DNA of 59,901 bases, the filler included, from Rhabdomonas costata (Eukaryota), in assembly GCA_019059605.1 (NCBI GenBank). It is 11 parts of 11 records of this genome, joined end to end, with 100 filler letters (N's around TTAATTAATTAA, not from the genome) between each part and the next. Parts side by side here need not be neighbours in the genome. Positions count along the whole stretch, not along the records: positions 38,467 to 43,784 come from JAHMHO010000078.1; positions 43,885 to 49,183 come from JAHMHO010000079.1; positions 49,284 to 54,585 come from JAHMHO010000080.1; 8 more parts are not named here. One strand, written 5' to 3'. The position numbers were made by a program, and so were the translations under genes. Shown here piece by piece: positions 38,467 through 51,119 of this stretch. Each line of letters begins with the position of its first letter. Positions within the stretch are counted from its first letter, which is position 1. The notes below the pieces were generated by a model. The model ran no database searches. It saw nothing but the letters and a program-made list of their open reading frames with translations, and was not told the origin of the DNA.

Positions 38467-39260
38467 GGTGGGGTTTGTCAAATGGCCCCCCCTTTTGATA
38501 GCAACGCTATAAAAATTTGGCACCTGTGGAGCAGTGTATTCACCTGCAGGAGGACGAAATAAATAGATTTCGCGGGGGTTTAGGGAGATTTACATGAAGA
38601 GGGGGGGTCCGGGGGGAACCCTAGGTTCCCCCCCCTGGAACTTATTCCGTTTTACTGTTTTTCCACAGCTTTTATTTTATAGACAATCCATGGTGTTCTC
38701 TGATGTCGTACATTAAGGCTGGACACTTCCATTATTGACTGGTTCTCTTTTGCTCGTCTTCGTTCTGGGTGGATACACTCCTCCACATATGTCAATCATA
38801 CACATATACATAATGTGTATGTATATATCATAATTACATGTATTTCATAAATGCAAAAAAAATATATATCGGTGCTAGATAATCTTTTACAGCGGTTATG
38901 TAAAAATTTTCCAAAATCGAAAATTTTTATAGCGGTGATATAAAATGTCTAGACATTTTCGACGTTAACTGTTGGGTCGAGTCGCCGAAAAGGGTCCCCG
39001 AAGTGAGCTTATTTTGGTCTTGCAGGGGGTCAGGGGGCGATGCATGTGTTCTGGCTTTTTTTTTTGCAATGCCATGAATTTTTCATTAAAAAATTTTTAG
39101 CGCCGCTATAAAATTTTGGAATTTTCTATAGCGGTGACGTAAAATTTCTAATAGCGATCACTAAAAATTTGAATTTTTAGTGGTCGCTATAAAGTTTTTT
39201 TGAGGGAAATATTTATATCACCGCTTAAAGAGGGAGGGGGGCTGCTAACAAACCAAGCCC
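38467..39260. mobile_element. MITE-like non-autonomous element with imperfect terminal inverted repeats and repeated palindromic subterminal motifs
   Basis: Left end GGTTTGTCAAATGGCCCCCCC resembles the reverse complement of the right end, GGTTTGTTAGCAGCCCCCC. There are about 8 copies of a TTTTATAGCG..(C/G)NTATAAAA-like motif and a perfect hairpin GGGGGGAACC-CTA-GGTTCCCCCC at 38611-38633. A related fragment lies at about 41605-41680. Confidence 0.55.
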
Positions 39261-39810
39261 GTACCTGTGCTTCTTCCAGTCAGAAATTAAGTTAACATTC
39301 GGGTTTATCAACAAAAGTTCCTCGGCGAAGACGTAAAGCGAATAATTTTATAGAGCGAAGCTGGTTCGCTGTTCTACTCAAAGAGAAGCAAAACACACAC
39401 TTTGCGCGAAGCCCAAGTTGAGCACAGCACCCTATACTCATGAAAAAAACGTCTGCCGCAATCCCAACTCGTATCAAGCTGCCGCAATCGTCTGTAAGGC
39501 ATTTGATCAAACGCTCAACAATTTACGCAGAGAACGAGGGATTCCCTCGAGACTAAACCTCCCAACCAATAAAGGTCTCAGAATCTCTTGAAATGGAACT
39601 TCCGAAAAGGAAAAAGAGGTCTTTGCACATTGTTTACCTTGCACGCATTGGCCCCAGGATGTCACATTAGTCCTTCAAGCACAAATTACGCCAATAGTTC
39701 ACGAAGTCGGCAGAGTTTGTCAGGTGCGAGGTGCCGGGGGTCGGTATGTGCAAAATACACGTGATCAATGCAGCCCTAAGAGAGGGAGAATGAAAAATGG
39801 AGAAAGGGAC

Positions 39811-42800
39811 CATGAAGGACACGGTGAACTCCTTCTTGTTCATCTGGTCGGCCAGCCAGTCCACTTTCCTGCGGGTGTTGCAGAAGATCACGGACTGCGC
39901 GATGGACACGCTGTCGTAGAGGTCCATCAGCGTCTCCAGCTTGAACTCCTCCTCCACGGCGACGTAGAACTGCTTGATACCGTCCAAGGTCAGCGCCTCC
40001 TGCAAGTCCCCACACACCGACCGGTGGGTTGGCCAAGGTTCTTCATTTCTCATGAAAAAGTCACTGTAGACGGGGATCATTCATTTTGATATATGAGGAA
40101 AGAGTAAAATTTTGCTTCCTTTTGCAAAATAGCCGACAAAATAGCCGTACCACGCCTTTAGGCAAGAGAGCCCGGGTAACCATGTGCTCAACTGAAAATT
40201 CATGGAAAGGCACTCGACAGACAAAATTCAAACAAAAGGCAGGAAAGTCCGGCGTGCGCGCCTTCTGCACGAGGATCCTGGTGGGGTCTCGCATGAACTT
40301 CTGGGTGAGGTCCAGCACCTCCGCCGGCATCGTGGCGGAGAACAGCGCGACCTGGATGTCCTTGGGGAGGAACTTGAAGATCTCATAGATCTGCTCCGAG
40401 AACCCTAAAATAGCCATTATTACGAAGAGACGCAAAAGCTGTAATCGCTCGCTGAAACATCCTTCTCCTTTCACAGAGCTCCTATTTTTAACTTATTTGT
40501 TTACATACACAAAAAAGAACAATTTCTTTTTGCGTTCGGCCCGGTTCTGGTCCCAAAGACTCACAAGGGATGCCATCCAGCAAATCGGGTCGAGACTTGA
40601 GCCTAAGCCAGTGGGACAAAATCCTACAGCCCTCGTCCCGCAGACTCCGCAGAGGATAGAACCCTGATTATCATATGCGTGGAGCATGGATGACAAAATA
40701 ACCCCACGGTTCTCGGTAGGAGGGGAAAGGTCCCAGCAGCCTGCAGCAGGGACTTAACAACTTTCAACGGCGTGGAGAAGAACCTACCATTGAAAAAGGT
40801 TGTGGGCAGCGGAAAGGTGCTTCCGGACCCGCCGACCAGCCGCATGATGGCAGGAACCAACAACTTCTTCCAAGCTCTCCCACTTTTTCTTGTAGTTCGC
40901 GCAAGCAGAAAGGATTGTATGCGTGTTTTCCAAAAAGCCTGAGACCTGCGGGGCTGGCGATGCGTCCTGGCCTGTGTGAGCTGCCTGATAGTGCTATAGG
41001 ACGCCCCCGTGCACGCACCGTTGGGAGGTGAAAAGGTATTTAGAAAAGGGAACGGGGGCTCATTTTTCAGCAACAACAATGTCATAACCTCCATCCCAGC
41101 ACAAGTAGAAGGTTGGAAAATAAAGGTAGAAATAAAGGTGTCGTAGTCAGCTTAGCCTGGGTGACGCTGTTAAGAGGGCGAGGCTTCGACATTCCTTGAG
41201 AGAGCATCTCATCAGCCTCGTCCAGCACCAGAACCTTGAGGGAGTCCGTGCGCAGCGCGCCTCGCTTGATCACATCCCACACTCGGCCGGGGGTGCCTAC
41301 GGCGACCAGAACTCCGGCCTGAAGCTTCCTCAAGTCATCCGCAACTCGGGTCCCCCCGACGAAGGTCGCGCAGAAGTTGGTGTGTCCCTCCGCCAAGAAG
41401 TCCCCGATGTGGGAGACCACCTGCGCCGTCCCACCACAGGCAGACTTCTCTATAACTCGAGCTAGCCAAACAATGCGCACAGTCGTGCACTGAATTGTGA
41501 AAGCGAACAATGCACCATAAATCCAAAGCTTTTGCAAACTCCCGTGTTTGTGCATGTTATCGTACGAGGAGACTGGCGAGCAACGGCGAATATCGGCTAA
41601 TCCGTTAGTGCCTGCTCCCCCCCCCCTGTGTTAAGGCGCCGCTATAATTTGCGCTATGATTTGTTTTAGCGGCGCTATTACTGGGTGTCCACGATTATTG
41701 TAACCAAAATGAATTCCCTCTAAAATTCTCAAAAATGTAGAGTATTTTTTTGTGAGATTTTTTTCGTGGCAGACCCAGCTGCTATTGGTTGTGGTCTTGT
41801 TGCAAAAACACCCCTCAAAACTGACCCAAACACGATGGTTTGGATTACGCCAAGGCTGTGAGCGCATATTTGCTCGAGGTCCCCAGTGCTTACGCCCCTC
41901 TGCGCGACATTTTCCCGTGGACTCAGGCGGTTCCTGGCCGTTGGCTGTTTCCATTTCCACCTTGAAAAGCAAAAATTTCCGCTGGGAAACGAGGGTTTGA
42001 ACCCTCGCAACGGTTATCCCTGTGGGCTCCCGTGCCCTGCGCCCCCAGGTTCCTGCGGCCCCTCTTAGGGACCATAAGCCGGGCAAATGGTGTCTGGCTG
42101 TTCGAATGGGTGCAGAGCGTAGTACAATTTGCAATAAATCTTACGTAGGCACTTGCGTATGTGTATAAACTCCAGTTGGTGCAACGACTGAAGCGGGGGA
42201 CAAAGCCAAGAGGTTGCGATTCCACAGTTGGGTCTTGGCCAAGTGACGGTCGCCCCTTCTTGCAAAATGGCTGACGAGGCGCAGTTCTGCATGTCAACAA
42301 GCATGTCAACAGTCAACAAGCAGAACTGCGCCAGAAAGAGGGGAACCGAGAACCCCCATGCCATTATAGAGCAAGAAGGGCAAATCTTCAATAACGGCAC
42401 GGTGCGGGGTTAGGGCCAAGACAATTCTTCCCTTCTTCATTTCCAAAATGGCGGCTCAAAAACCCTGACAGGGCCACAGTGTGCGAAATTGCAGAAGCCG
42501 TGAAACCGGGAGGTGCACTTTACCAATTACCACCGAATTACCAATTTTTTTCATTAGAATACTTCGATTAGTAGCAGAGGGGTTGCAGACAAGTACTCGG
42601 ACCGCCAGAGCGGAAGGGATGAGTAAGGTTGGATCAGGGGTGGCGAGGGGCCTGACCTGCTCCGTCTGCAGGGCCAGCTCTCGCGTTGGGGAGAGCACCA
42701 AGGCCTGGCAGACCCGGTTGCTGAAGTCCACCCGCTGCAGCAGGCCCACGGTGAAGGCTCCCGTCTTGCCCGTGCCGGACTGCGCCTGGGCGATGATATC

Positions 42801-42848
42801 GCCGCCCTTGATGAATGGCACAATGGCGCGCTGCTGGATTGCAGAGGG
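39811..42848 (-). CDS. eIF4A: Eukaryotic initiation factor 4A (DEAD-box helicase), internal exons
   Basis: Exons 42848-42657, 41420-41195, 40404-40262 and 39999-39811 give [46 protein letters not shown] and IFCNTRRKV. The sequence closely resembles kinetoplastid eIF4A ([17 protein letters not shown]). Confidence 0.97.
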
Positions 42849-43303
42849 CTGTGGGCGACAAAGGGAGAGAACAAGGAAGGAAACTCGAGGAACTGCAGCG
42901 GACAAGGTGCAGAAGCACAATCACACGTGCTGAGAGTTGTGTGCACAGCGTAAACACTTTAATGGGAAACAATTACGAAACAAAGGATGTGAGAAAGAGG
43001 GGTGAAAACCATTATCCTCCAGGACCAGGTTTGGTGAATGCGCAGGTTTAAGAGTGAATGAGACAAAAATCAATGTTGCTGGGCTGGGGTGGGGTTGGGA
43101 TTGGGGTTGGGGTGAAACAGAGACAAAAATCAGTGTTGCTGAAGTTGACGAATTTTTCTGCCTCCAATATCCGGCAAGGAGAATGGAGAAGGTTAGGATT
43201 AAAGATGCCTTAAGGTTTCGCAATCCCTAGTTTTCGTAGTGCGAGTTTTCCGGCACATTTTCGACTTGAGCAAAATCTGTAGTAGTCTTTTCTGTTTATT
43301 CAG

Positions 43304-43542
43304 CGGCGCAGCGTGTTCCGAGCCACAGCAATGGCTGCAGTGGGGGATGTGCTGTAGTGGCAGTTGACCGCTGTGAAGAGATGCTGCGGCTTGCACTGAT
43401 TAAGGCCGAGGCGTGGAAAGAGAATAATGCCCTTGGGAGTCGGCAGGCGTTAAGTTTTGTTGCAGGAGACGCCGCCGCGCTGCCTTTTCGCAGCTCTTGC
43501 TTCGACGCGTGCACCGTTGCCTTTGGACTGCGCAACTTCGAG
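43304..43542 (+). CDS. Isolated internal exon of a UbiE/MenG/COQ5-type SAM methyltransferase
   Basis: An AG...GTAAGT-bounded open exon encodes VVAVDRCEEML...FVAGDAAALPFRSSCFDACTVAFGLRNFE, matching the family motif GDAxxLPFxDxxFDxxTxxFGLRN. Confidence 0.75.
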
Positions 43543-44115
43543 GTAAGTGTGCTCTTCCGTATTTTATTCAGGCAAACGTGTATAAGTTGTTATCCCCTAT
43601 ATCCATGCCGCTGCAAAGTGCACATATGGCACTATTCTTACTATGGAACTATACTTAATGCACCCCTCCTCCCTCCTTTCCTGGAACCCATAAGTGCGCA
43701 CCCACAGAGCACAAAAAACCCAAAGTACAGAAAAAGTAGTCCACGTATCCAGGGGGATGGGCCCCCGGACCCCCCCCCCCCTGCNNNNNNNNNNNNNNNN
43801 NNNNNNNNNNNNNNNNNNNNNNNNNNNNTTAATTAATTAANNNNNNNNNNNNNNNNNNNNNNNNNNNNNNNNNNNNNNNNNNNNGTTGGTTCCTTTGCTT
43901 CAAAGAGGAGGCGGTATTACTGTATTACGCTGGGCATCTGGTTGGAGAGATAGAAGCCAGATGGAGACCGCTGGCGAAGTTTAGGTAATAACGCGACCTT
44001 GGCAAGCTCCTGCGAATTTTGGCGATAATCGTCTGCACCGTGGAAGGAAATGCTTTGCCACTTGAGCCTCTCCTGTACAATCAGTTTTGCCATGAGTGCG
44101 CTTTTTGACTGCAAG

Positions 44116-47100
44116 GCGAGGGATCTGGAAGGCGAGGAGGTTCGCGGCGGGGATACACAGGTGGACAAGTTCGCGTATGCCACGGATGTGCTGTACGCGC
44201 GGGCGCTGCGACTAAATGGGCACCTGCTGTGGGGAAGCTCACGGGCGCGGCCCGACCTGGGTGGGTCCGAAGCCGACGACAACGCCTTCACAGCCTGCGA
44301 GGAGGTCCTGGCTGCCCTTCAGCCCATCGATACCAACAGCAGCGGTGCTTCCCTCTCCACTATTTATATTTTCTCTGCCTTTTCCCTGGACACGGCCCAT
44401 TGCCTGGACCAGCCGATAAATTTTTGGGTACCCCTTCTCTCCCTGTTCCTAATCAGCTCCACGAGGAACGGAACAAAATGCGGTTATCTCTTCCTGTGCG
44501 AGCGGTGATGGTTATCGATATCACTTTTCAGAACTGTCATTTTTCCGCCAGGGCAGTTCCTCCCGATGGGTGCCCTAGGGCACTCCCGAGGGCACACTGG
44601 AGCGGAGCAGAGAGCCCCTCTTTGTCTTTTTTCTGTTCGTGAGCGTGCGGCCATCAGCTTTACCACTGTTTTTCATGGGCAGGTGGGTTTCACACCTACA
44701 CGGTGGAGCTGGAAATCGAGCACCTCGAAGTTAAGGCCCTGGTGTTTTCTCAGTCCCTTTTGGACAACGAGATGCAGTCCCTCGCCGTGCAGGTCGAGTC
44801 CAGCCAGGTCCTTTCCTTTTACGTTTTCTCTCCGGTAAGAGAGACGTAGACAGATTGTGGGTGCGCCGTCTTCGCCTGTTCTCAGGTTCTCCCCTCGGAA
44901 GTACGGTTTTCGGAATGATACGAAGGGAGCGATATTGAATGATATTCAATTCGAAACAGAGGGGGACCGGGGACGCGGTTTATACCACCGCCTGTGTCTC
45001 AGGAACCGCACCACTCGCGCAACTGCTCTTCATACTCCGACACTGCTTCGTTCCTTCGTTCGTATATCAAATGATTATTTGGTTTGAAATGCTTCCGAAC
45101 TGCGAAAATGATTCCTCCCGATCCTTTCCATTCACAAGCACTGACCACTGACAGGCAAGCGCACGGGAGAGTCTAATTGTTCCGTTCGCACACCCGAAGA
45201 CCAGAGGTGGTGGGCCAACCCACGTGACGTACCCTGTGATTGAGATGAGTACCCTGTGGCCAGCAACCATTATGCAACCGGCGGCAACCGCCCTTCGGAT
45301 TCCGTGCTCATACATAGCTCACCAGTGCACAAGACAAGGGGTATCCCCAGAGGACCCGCAGGACCCGCCTGCCGTGTCAGGCACACGTGCACGCGTCGCA
45401 GGTGCTGAGCGCGTTCCAGGTACTGCGGGAGATGCTCACCCTGTGGTATGGCACCGTGGACCGCAGAGCTGAGGGTTGCGGGGCGGCGGACCAGCTGCTG
45501 CAGAACCTTTTCCGGTGGCTGCGCAGCCACACCTCCCTGCTCCACGACCCGGCCCTGTACCGCTTCGCCCTCTCGGTTTGTGAAGTGCGTCTTCAGATCT
45601 GCTCTGTGGCGTTTTCCAAGAGAGGGGCAAGTGCTTGGGAGTACGGCGCCTGTAGTGATCCGCGTACGATTTTTCCCTCAAACTGTGATTTGAATTTTTT
45701 GAAATTTTGAATTTTCGAAATTATTGCAATCTAGAATTTTTTAAAACACCGAAAAAAGCTGAAGATAATTATGATGAATTTCCACGAGCCAATTGTGGTC
45801 GTTGCAATAAGAAACGTCTTTTGTAGATGGAAGCTTTCGGTTGCCGTTTAACTCCCACCACGAAGGACAAAAACAAAAATTAATTCTAGAGGCACAAGCC
45901 AAAGCCACAGCGACGTTTTCTGCCCACTCTCCTTTTTTCTCTTGACAATCTGAAGTGCGATGTTTTTCGCGTTGGCTTTGTTTTTCAAAGAATCACCACC
46001 CCTCGCTCCAGTTCACCGCTCCGCTTGTGCAGATCGTGAAGAAGTCCTTCCAGCGGCTGCTGCACCGGCTGTCTCGTCTGGGCGGTAGGCTGCTGCATGC
46101 TAACTTCCAGAGCGTTCTGGTGAACACGCCAAAGCTGAGCTTTACCGACGCCGTCGCATATGTCAGCTTCTTGAGGTGAGTGCCTTTGCGAGCTTTTGGA
46201 ACGGAAGTGTAGAGTCTGTCATCCCCAATTGGTGGACTCATGCCACTGCTGTGCTTTGGAATGTCGCGATCCTTCATTCTCTGTTTGTGGTTGGTTGTCT
46301 TCGGCCGTAGGAGGAGCCAACCGTGCTGAAGAGAGTAGCGTGGACTGCCAGAGAAAGGGTGTGCAAGCAACGGAAGAAACTAGTGTGTTACACCTGAGGA
46401 CAAGACTGAATGCCAGGGTGTATCCATTCAGAGAAACGCGAGCCTTTCCCGGAAAAGTAACCCCTGCAAAGTGCAGCAGTGTGTGTGTGTGTGTGTGTGT
46501 GTGCGGGATGGGTGGGAAGATATGCAATTTCCTTTTGCTTGCATCAGGAATGCGCTGAGGGACTGCCCCATGCTGCGCGCTCTGAAACTGCGGCCCGCTC
46601 GGTTCTTCACGGAGCTGGTGTGGTTAGACCGGACGAACTACTCGGGGGTGCGAGTTGCGGACGAGGTGCTTTCCACGCTTTCGCCTTTCTCCTCCTCACC
46701 TCTCACTCCCTCACACCGCATCCGCACACCTCATCTCAGAAGCCGCAGAGCTCGACCCATCCCCGAGTTCAGATGAGAAGGATTGTGAAAAGCCGGCCTC
46801 ACCCCCGCCCCCCTTGTCTCTAAGAACCAGACGAGGCATACCCGAGGTTGTGCCTTGCTGATGAAATCCCGACCACTCCCCGGAAGTCGAAACACCCGTC
46901 ACACCCGAAGCGGATCAAAGCAATTCAGTCACCTGCCCAGCTAAGAGTTAACCTTCTTCCACCCTAAATTACACACCCACCCACCCGTACAGACACAGAT
47001 CAGCATTCCACTTCACGTCTCCTCGGACCCTCGATCGATCCCCTCTCATTTGTTTTATCCCCATGGGATCTGTGCTTTCTGCACCCCCTGTCGTGCCCAA

Positions 47101-48744
47101 TCCTGCCCACCCTACACACTGATATCATTCGTTCGTCAATGGCTGGTGGCAATATAAACGCACAATCTAAAAGTGGATTTCACCAAGTGATCAACCTGCA
47201 CCGCAAAAATTTCAGGCACTCTGCACACGCACTCGCTGTCCATACGATGAACACTCGGCCCCGTAGGCCGCTGCCGCGGCAGCTGCGCTGGAGGGCCCGC
47301 CTGAGGGCTCCCTCCCCGAGGGCCCCTTTGTGCCCGACCACCGCGTGAGCGTTGTGGAGTACCTTCCCCCTGAGGCCGCGCTCCGATTGCTTGCACGGGT
47401 CGCCCGGGTGCTTCAGGCCTGCACTCAGACCAAGACGGCCCTGCTGCTTCAAGCCCAGGACGGTGCGGAAGCCCAGCTAGCGCCACGCAGCTGCAATGTA
47501 TGTCGATGTCTGATGTGTTGTTGTTCGTATACATGGGAAAGTATTTATCCCTATTCTCGTGTGACGGTCGTTGTGCTGTTTTGTTGTCGTTTATGTCTAA
47601 GCGCGTGAAGATATTCAGGTCCATACTTCATATCTCGGTTTAGATGTTGTAGAGATGAGTGGGTGGGGGTAATGGTGCGGGTTTTGGTGCACTTACACAG
47701 CTGAGCAAGGAGGACCTGTTGTCCGAGTGTGACGCTCAGCTGCGGGGCCTTTTGCAAGGCCCCACCCAACGCGAGCTACTCGATGATGTCACCCGTCTGA
47801 TGCGCGCGTCAAAGGAGACTTCTGTTGCTGCCAGGTAGCCTCCCTTGAAATCTCTCTGGGTCGGGAACCTCCATTAATTATCTGAATTGAGCTCTGCACG
47901 TATTTGCTGGATTCCAGGCAGACGATTGGTTTTGGGTTTAGCAAAGTTATCAATGGGAAGATGAAAAAGAAGGAACTTGAATTTGGTCTTTGAACTTGGA
48001 GGTTGGGTAAAATGTGAGTGGTTCTTCGCGGCTGTTGTTGTTGTGCATTGTTTTGGGATCTAATGGTTCTTCCTGTTGCTGCGCAGGCCCGGCAGCGATC
48101 AGCTCAGCTCGGACGTTGCCCTCGAGTACGTGAAGATGGTGTGCGCGCTGCTGGCTTTGCTGCCGAACGTCTCTCAGGCCATGCTGTCTGTGAGGACGGC
48201 GCTTTTGCAGCTTCTGCACAAGGAGCCGTTTGACCCCGCCACGCAGTTCGCTGACCCCACGCGGTGTCTTTTCTCTATTGAGCCCGTTTCCGATGGGGCA
48301 CAATGGGATGCCATAAATTTCAGTTGAGATTCAGGTTCCAGCTCTTCGGAGACGAGGTGGCCCCTACCCCCTTCGTTTTCTTCCCTCCGCGCTTCCTCCA
48401 CACCTCACGCCACTGACAGCCACCTTTCTCTGCCCGTTCCAGAACCTACGTAAACTGTCGTTTTGATTTCTCTCCCAGCTGCCTTCAGGCAATGTTCGTT
48501 GAAGACTTGAAGGCTTTTGAGCGAAGCTCTACCTTTTTTTTTTGCCCTCTTCAGGACGTTTGTGTTGTCGCGGGTGATGTGCGTGGTGTGCAACGCGGTG
48601 CTGGACGTGGACTTGGTGCGGGACCCCGCCTTCGCGCCGTCTTCCGAAGAGTGGGGCTGCCCCTTTTGCCGCACTGCACTCAGCCGGGAGGCCATTGAGG
48701 CCCAACTCGTGGACTACGTCAACCTGAAGCTGGTGGCCTACCAG
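44116..48744 (+). CDS. POLE: DNA polymerase epsilon catalytic subunit, C-terminal region (DUF1744 and CysA zinc finger), 9 exons
   Basis: GT-AG exons give HLLWGSS..RPDLGGSEADD, YTVELEI, FRWLRS..SLLHDPAL, KKSFQRL...LHANF, LVWLDRTNYSG, ALEYVKMVC, F.DP..TFVL..VMCVVC...DVDL.RD...WGCPFC...IEAQLV and AYQ. Confidence 0.93.
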
Positions 48745-50486
48745 GTCTTTGCGCACCCCTAACCCCGCACTCCACTGTGTGGGCCTGTGCATTTTGTTGG
48801 GGTGGGGTGGGGTGTCGCTTTTGCTGCGCATTTCTACATCAACTCACCCCCTCCCTGGCAACGTTCCCGCCTCAGCCGCCCGCTCCGGCGCCGCGGGCTC
48901 GGCTACGCGGCCGCGGCGTTAGCCTTCGCCACTAAAATAACTGTTCCTTTTGTTTGACTGGGGACCGTTCATCACAGGTCCCTGCAAACTCACCGAAGTC
49001 AGCCTCTAACACACCAGAAAAACCGAGGAGGCGCCCCGATTGTAACACACCGTTTAACAACGTCAAACCGTTAATGTCATTAAACCCTTTAGCACCCCCC
49101 CCCAAAAAAAAAGAGAGAGAGAGAGAATTGAGTTTGTGTGTTCGGTGGGGTGGGGTCGGATACAGCCCAACGTCCCCCCAACCNNNNNNNNNNNNNNNNN
49201 NNNNNNNNNNNNNNNNNNNNNNNNNNNTTAATTAATTAANNNNNNNNNNNNNNNNNNNNNNNNNNNNNNNNNNNNNNNNNNNNGGGGTGGTGTTGAGGTA
49301 ATACCGAAGTCCACATCGATCGGGTCCTCACTGTCACGCCCTCTTTTCTGAGAAAAAAAAGAAAAAAAAGAAAAATAGAAGAGACCCAAATAGAATAAAT
49401 ACCAACTGAAAGAGTCACCTCCCCTGCTACGACACCCATCTGTAAATGCTCATGCGCGCGCTTTATTTCCCATCCGTTCGCTGCGACTGTTTCAATTTCC
49501 TTTTACCTAGCAAGGAGTTCAGCAGAACTATTGCCTCTGTAAACGAATGAGCCTGGTCGTTGCAGCACAACCCATCTTCGATTCCTCTTCTTTTGTGGGT
49601 CTGCTGAAAACGTAAACAAAATCGCACTCCACTCTCCTCGTTTGGGACGCATCGTGTGTGTGTGTGTGTGGGAGTTCTTTGAAAACGTTCTTTGTAAAAG
49701 GAAGGCACGACGACAAAAGCGTCCCAAAAATTGAAAAGTACAAAAACGTAATGCAAAACGAGGGGGCAAACCGAGACGGGAGTGGGGGAGAGCACCAGAG
49801 GATTGGGCCTTTTATGCAGAGACCGGCCACGGAACGCGGGCAGTACAGGTGGCACTGCGTGCCCCGGCACTGAGCACGGGGGCAGCGGAGGAGGATAGCA
49901 CGGGGTGCCCCTCTCGTCGGCAACTCCACTCGGCATAGCCTGCAACAACCAGAGACGGGAATGAAGGGAGTTGGGTGGCATCCGAGAGATATCGTCACAG
50001 AGGATGAGAGAAAGGCTGAAAGAGGGGGCGTATGAGGTGTGGGTGTTTTGTGCAGGGCTTCTGTCAATGGGGGCCAAGATTCTTCCCAGGGATGATTTCC
50101 CAATGTGCGACTCTGATCACTCTGGGGTAGTGAGATGGATTGGGGGTCGGTGATGCTTGATGTTTGGCTTGACCCCAAAAATTAGATAGCAGAGTGAAGC
50201 AGTTCGAGTTCGGTTATTTTCTCAGGCGATTGCAACGAGGGGCTCCCATGGTTTAGCCTCAGGATAATATTAAGAAATCCTTTGAACACTGCGTCGCAGC
50301 TGTGTCACTCTCTGTGTCTGATTTCCTGCTGCATGTGTCTTCCCCACGAACATAGACACACAAACACGCACTTCGTGCACTTGGCAAGGGCGCACGCGCA
50401 AACACAAGGACAAATATAGCATCCACGTCAACCCAAAATGACACTGTGAGAGTGTGTATGTGTGTGCCTCTCCGTGGTGTGGGGTG

Positions 50487-51119
50487 TCATGCCATGGAGG
50501 CGTTGCTGGAAACCGCGGCTTCGGCCTCGGCCTCAAAGTCGGCCAAGAAGGCCGCGGGAGGGCCAACCGGGCGAACCTCAACAGCGCCCCGACGGGATCG
50601 TGGGGGTTCCCCAAGGAGCGAATCATGGCTGGGGTCCACGAGGTACTTCAAGGGCGGCGGCCCAGGCCTCTCCGCAGGGATCTTTGAGAGCCACAGCTGA
50701 AAAACAAGCAATGAAAAAATACTTCGAGAAAACCGCAGGTTAGCAAAAATGTTTACAGTATGCATGGAAGCAAAGAGATTCAGCAATACTTTACAGAAAG
50801 TTGAAAAATGAAGTAATTACACAAAAAAGCAAGAAAGGTGAAGATCACAGGAAGTCCTATCATAAGGGAGGAGGGGCGAAAAAGAGAAGGGCATTGGGAT
50901 GACTGGGAAATGGGGAGGAGGAGGAGACGGCTTTCCACAAAGTCCAGAGGTCCTAGCGGCACGGCACACACATGTTAAGTGAGGAAGCACGTGGACATGC
51001 ACCTGCCTGAGTTCCATCACAAAGTCAGCTCTATCAAGCTCTGTCTGTCCCCACATCTCCGGAGTGATCGCTCGAATCAGACTCTCCACCGTGCGGCGGG
51101 CAAACTCATCGGCTTTCAT
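50487..51119 (-). CDS. Small two-exon (possibly more) gene whose N-terminus resembles the TFIIA large subunit helical region
   Basis: Exon 51119-51003 plus the exon from 50696 give MKADEFARRTVESLIRAITPEMWGQTELDRADFVMELRQLWLSKI, resembling the TFIIA-alpha pattern VExV...D...LxELxxLWxxKL. It either stops at 50487 or splices at GCATGA (50492) to a Pro-rich exon near 49939. Confidence 0.4.

Noticed and set aside
42480-42530. [13 protein letters not shown] as another methyltransferase exon
   Set aside because: It is in the wrong order relative to the GDA..LPF exon and has no convincing splice borders; probably chance.
43060-43140. G-tract-rich spacer between two 21-nt direct repeats (G-quadruplex candidate)
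   Set aside because: G/C tracts are common in these introns and there is no evidence of function.
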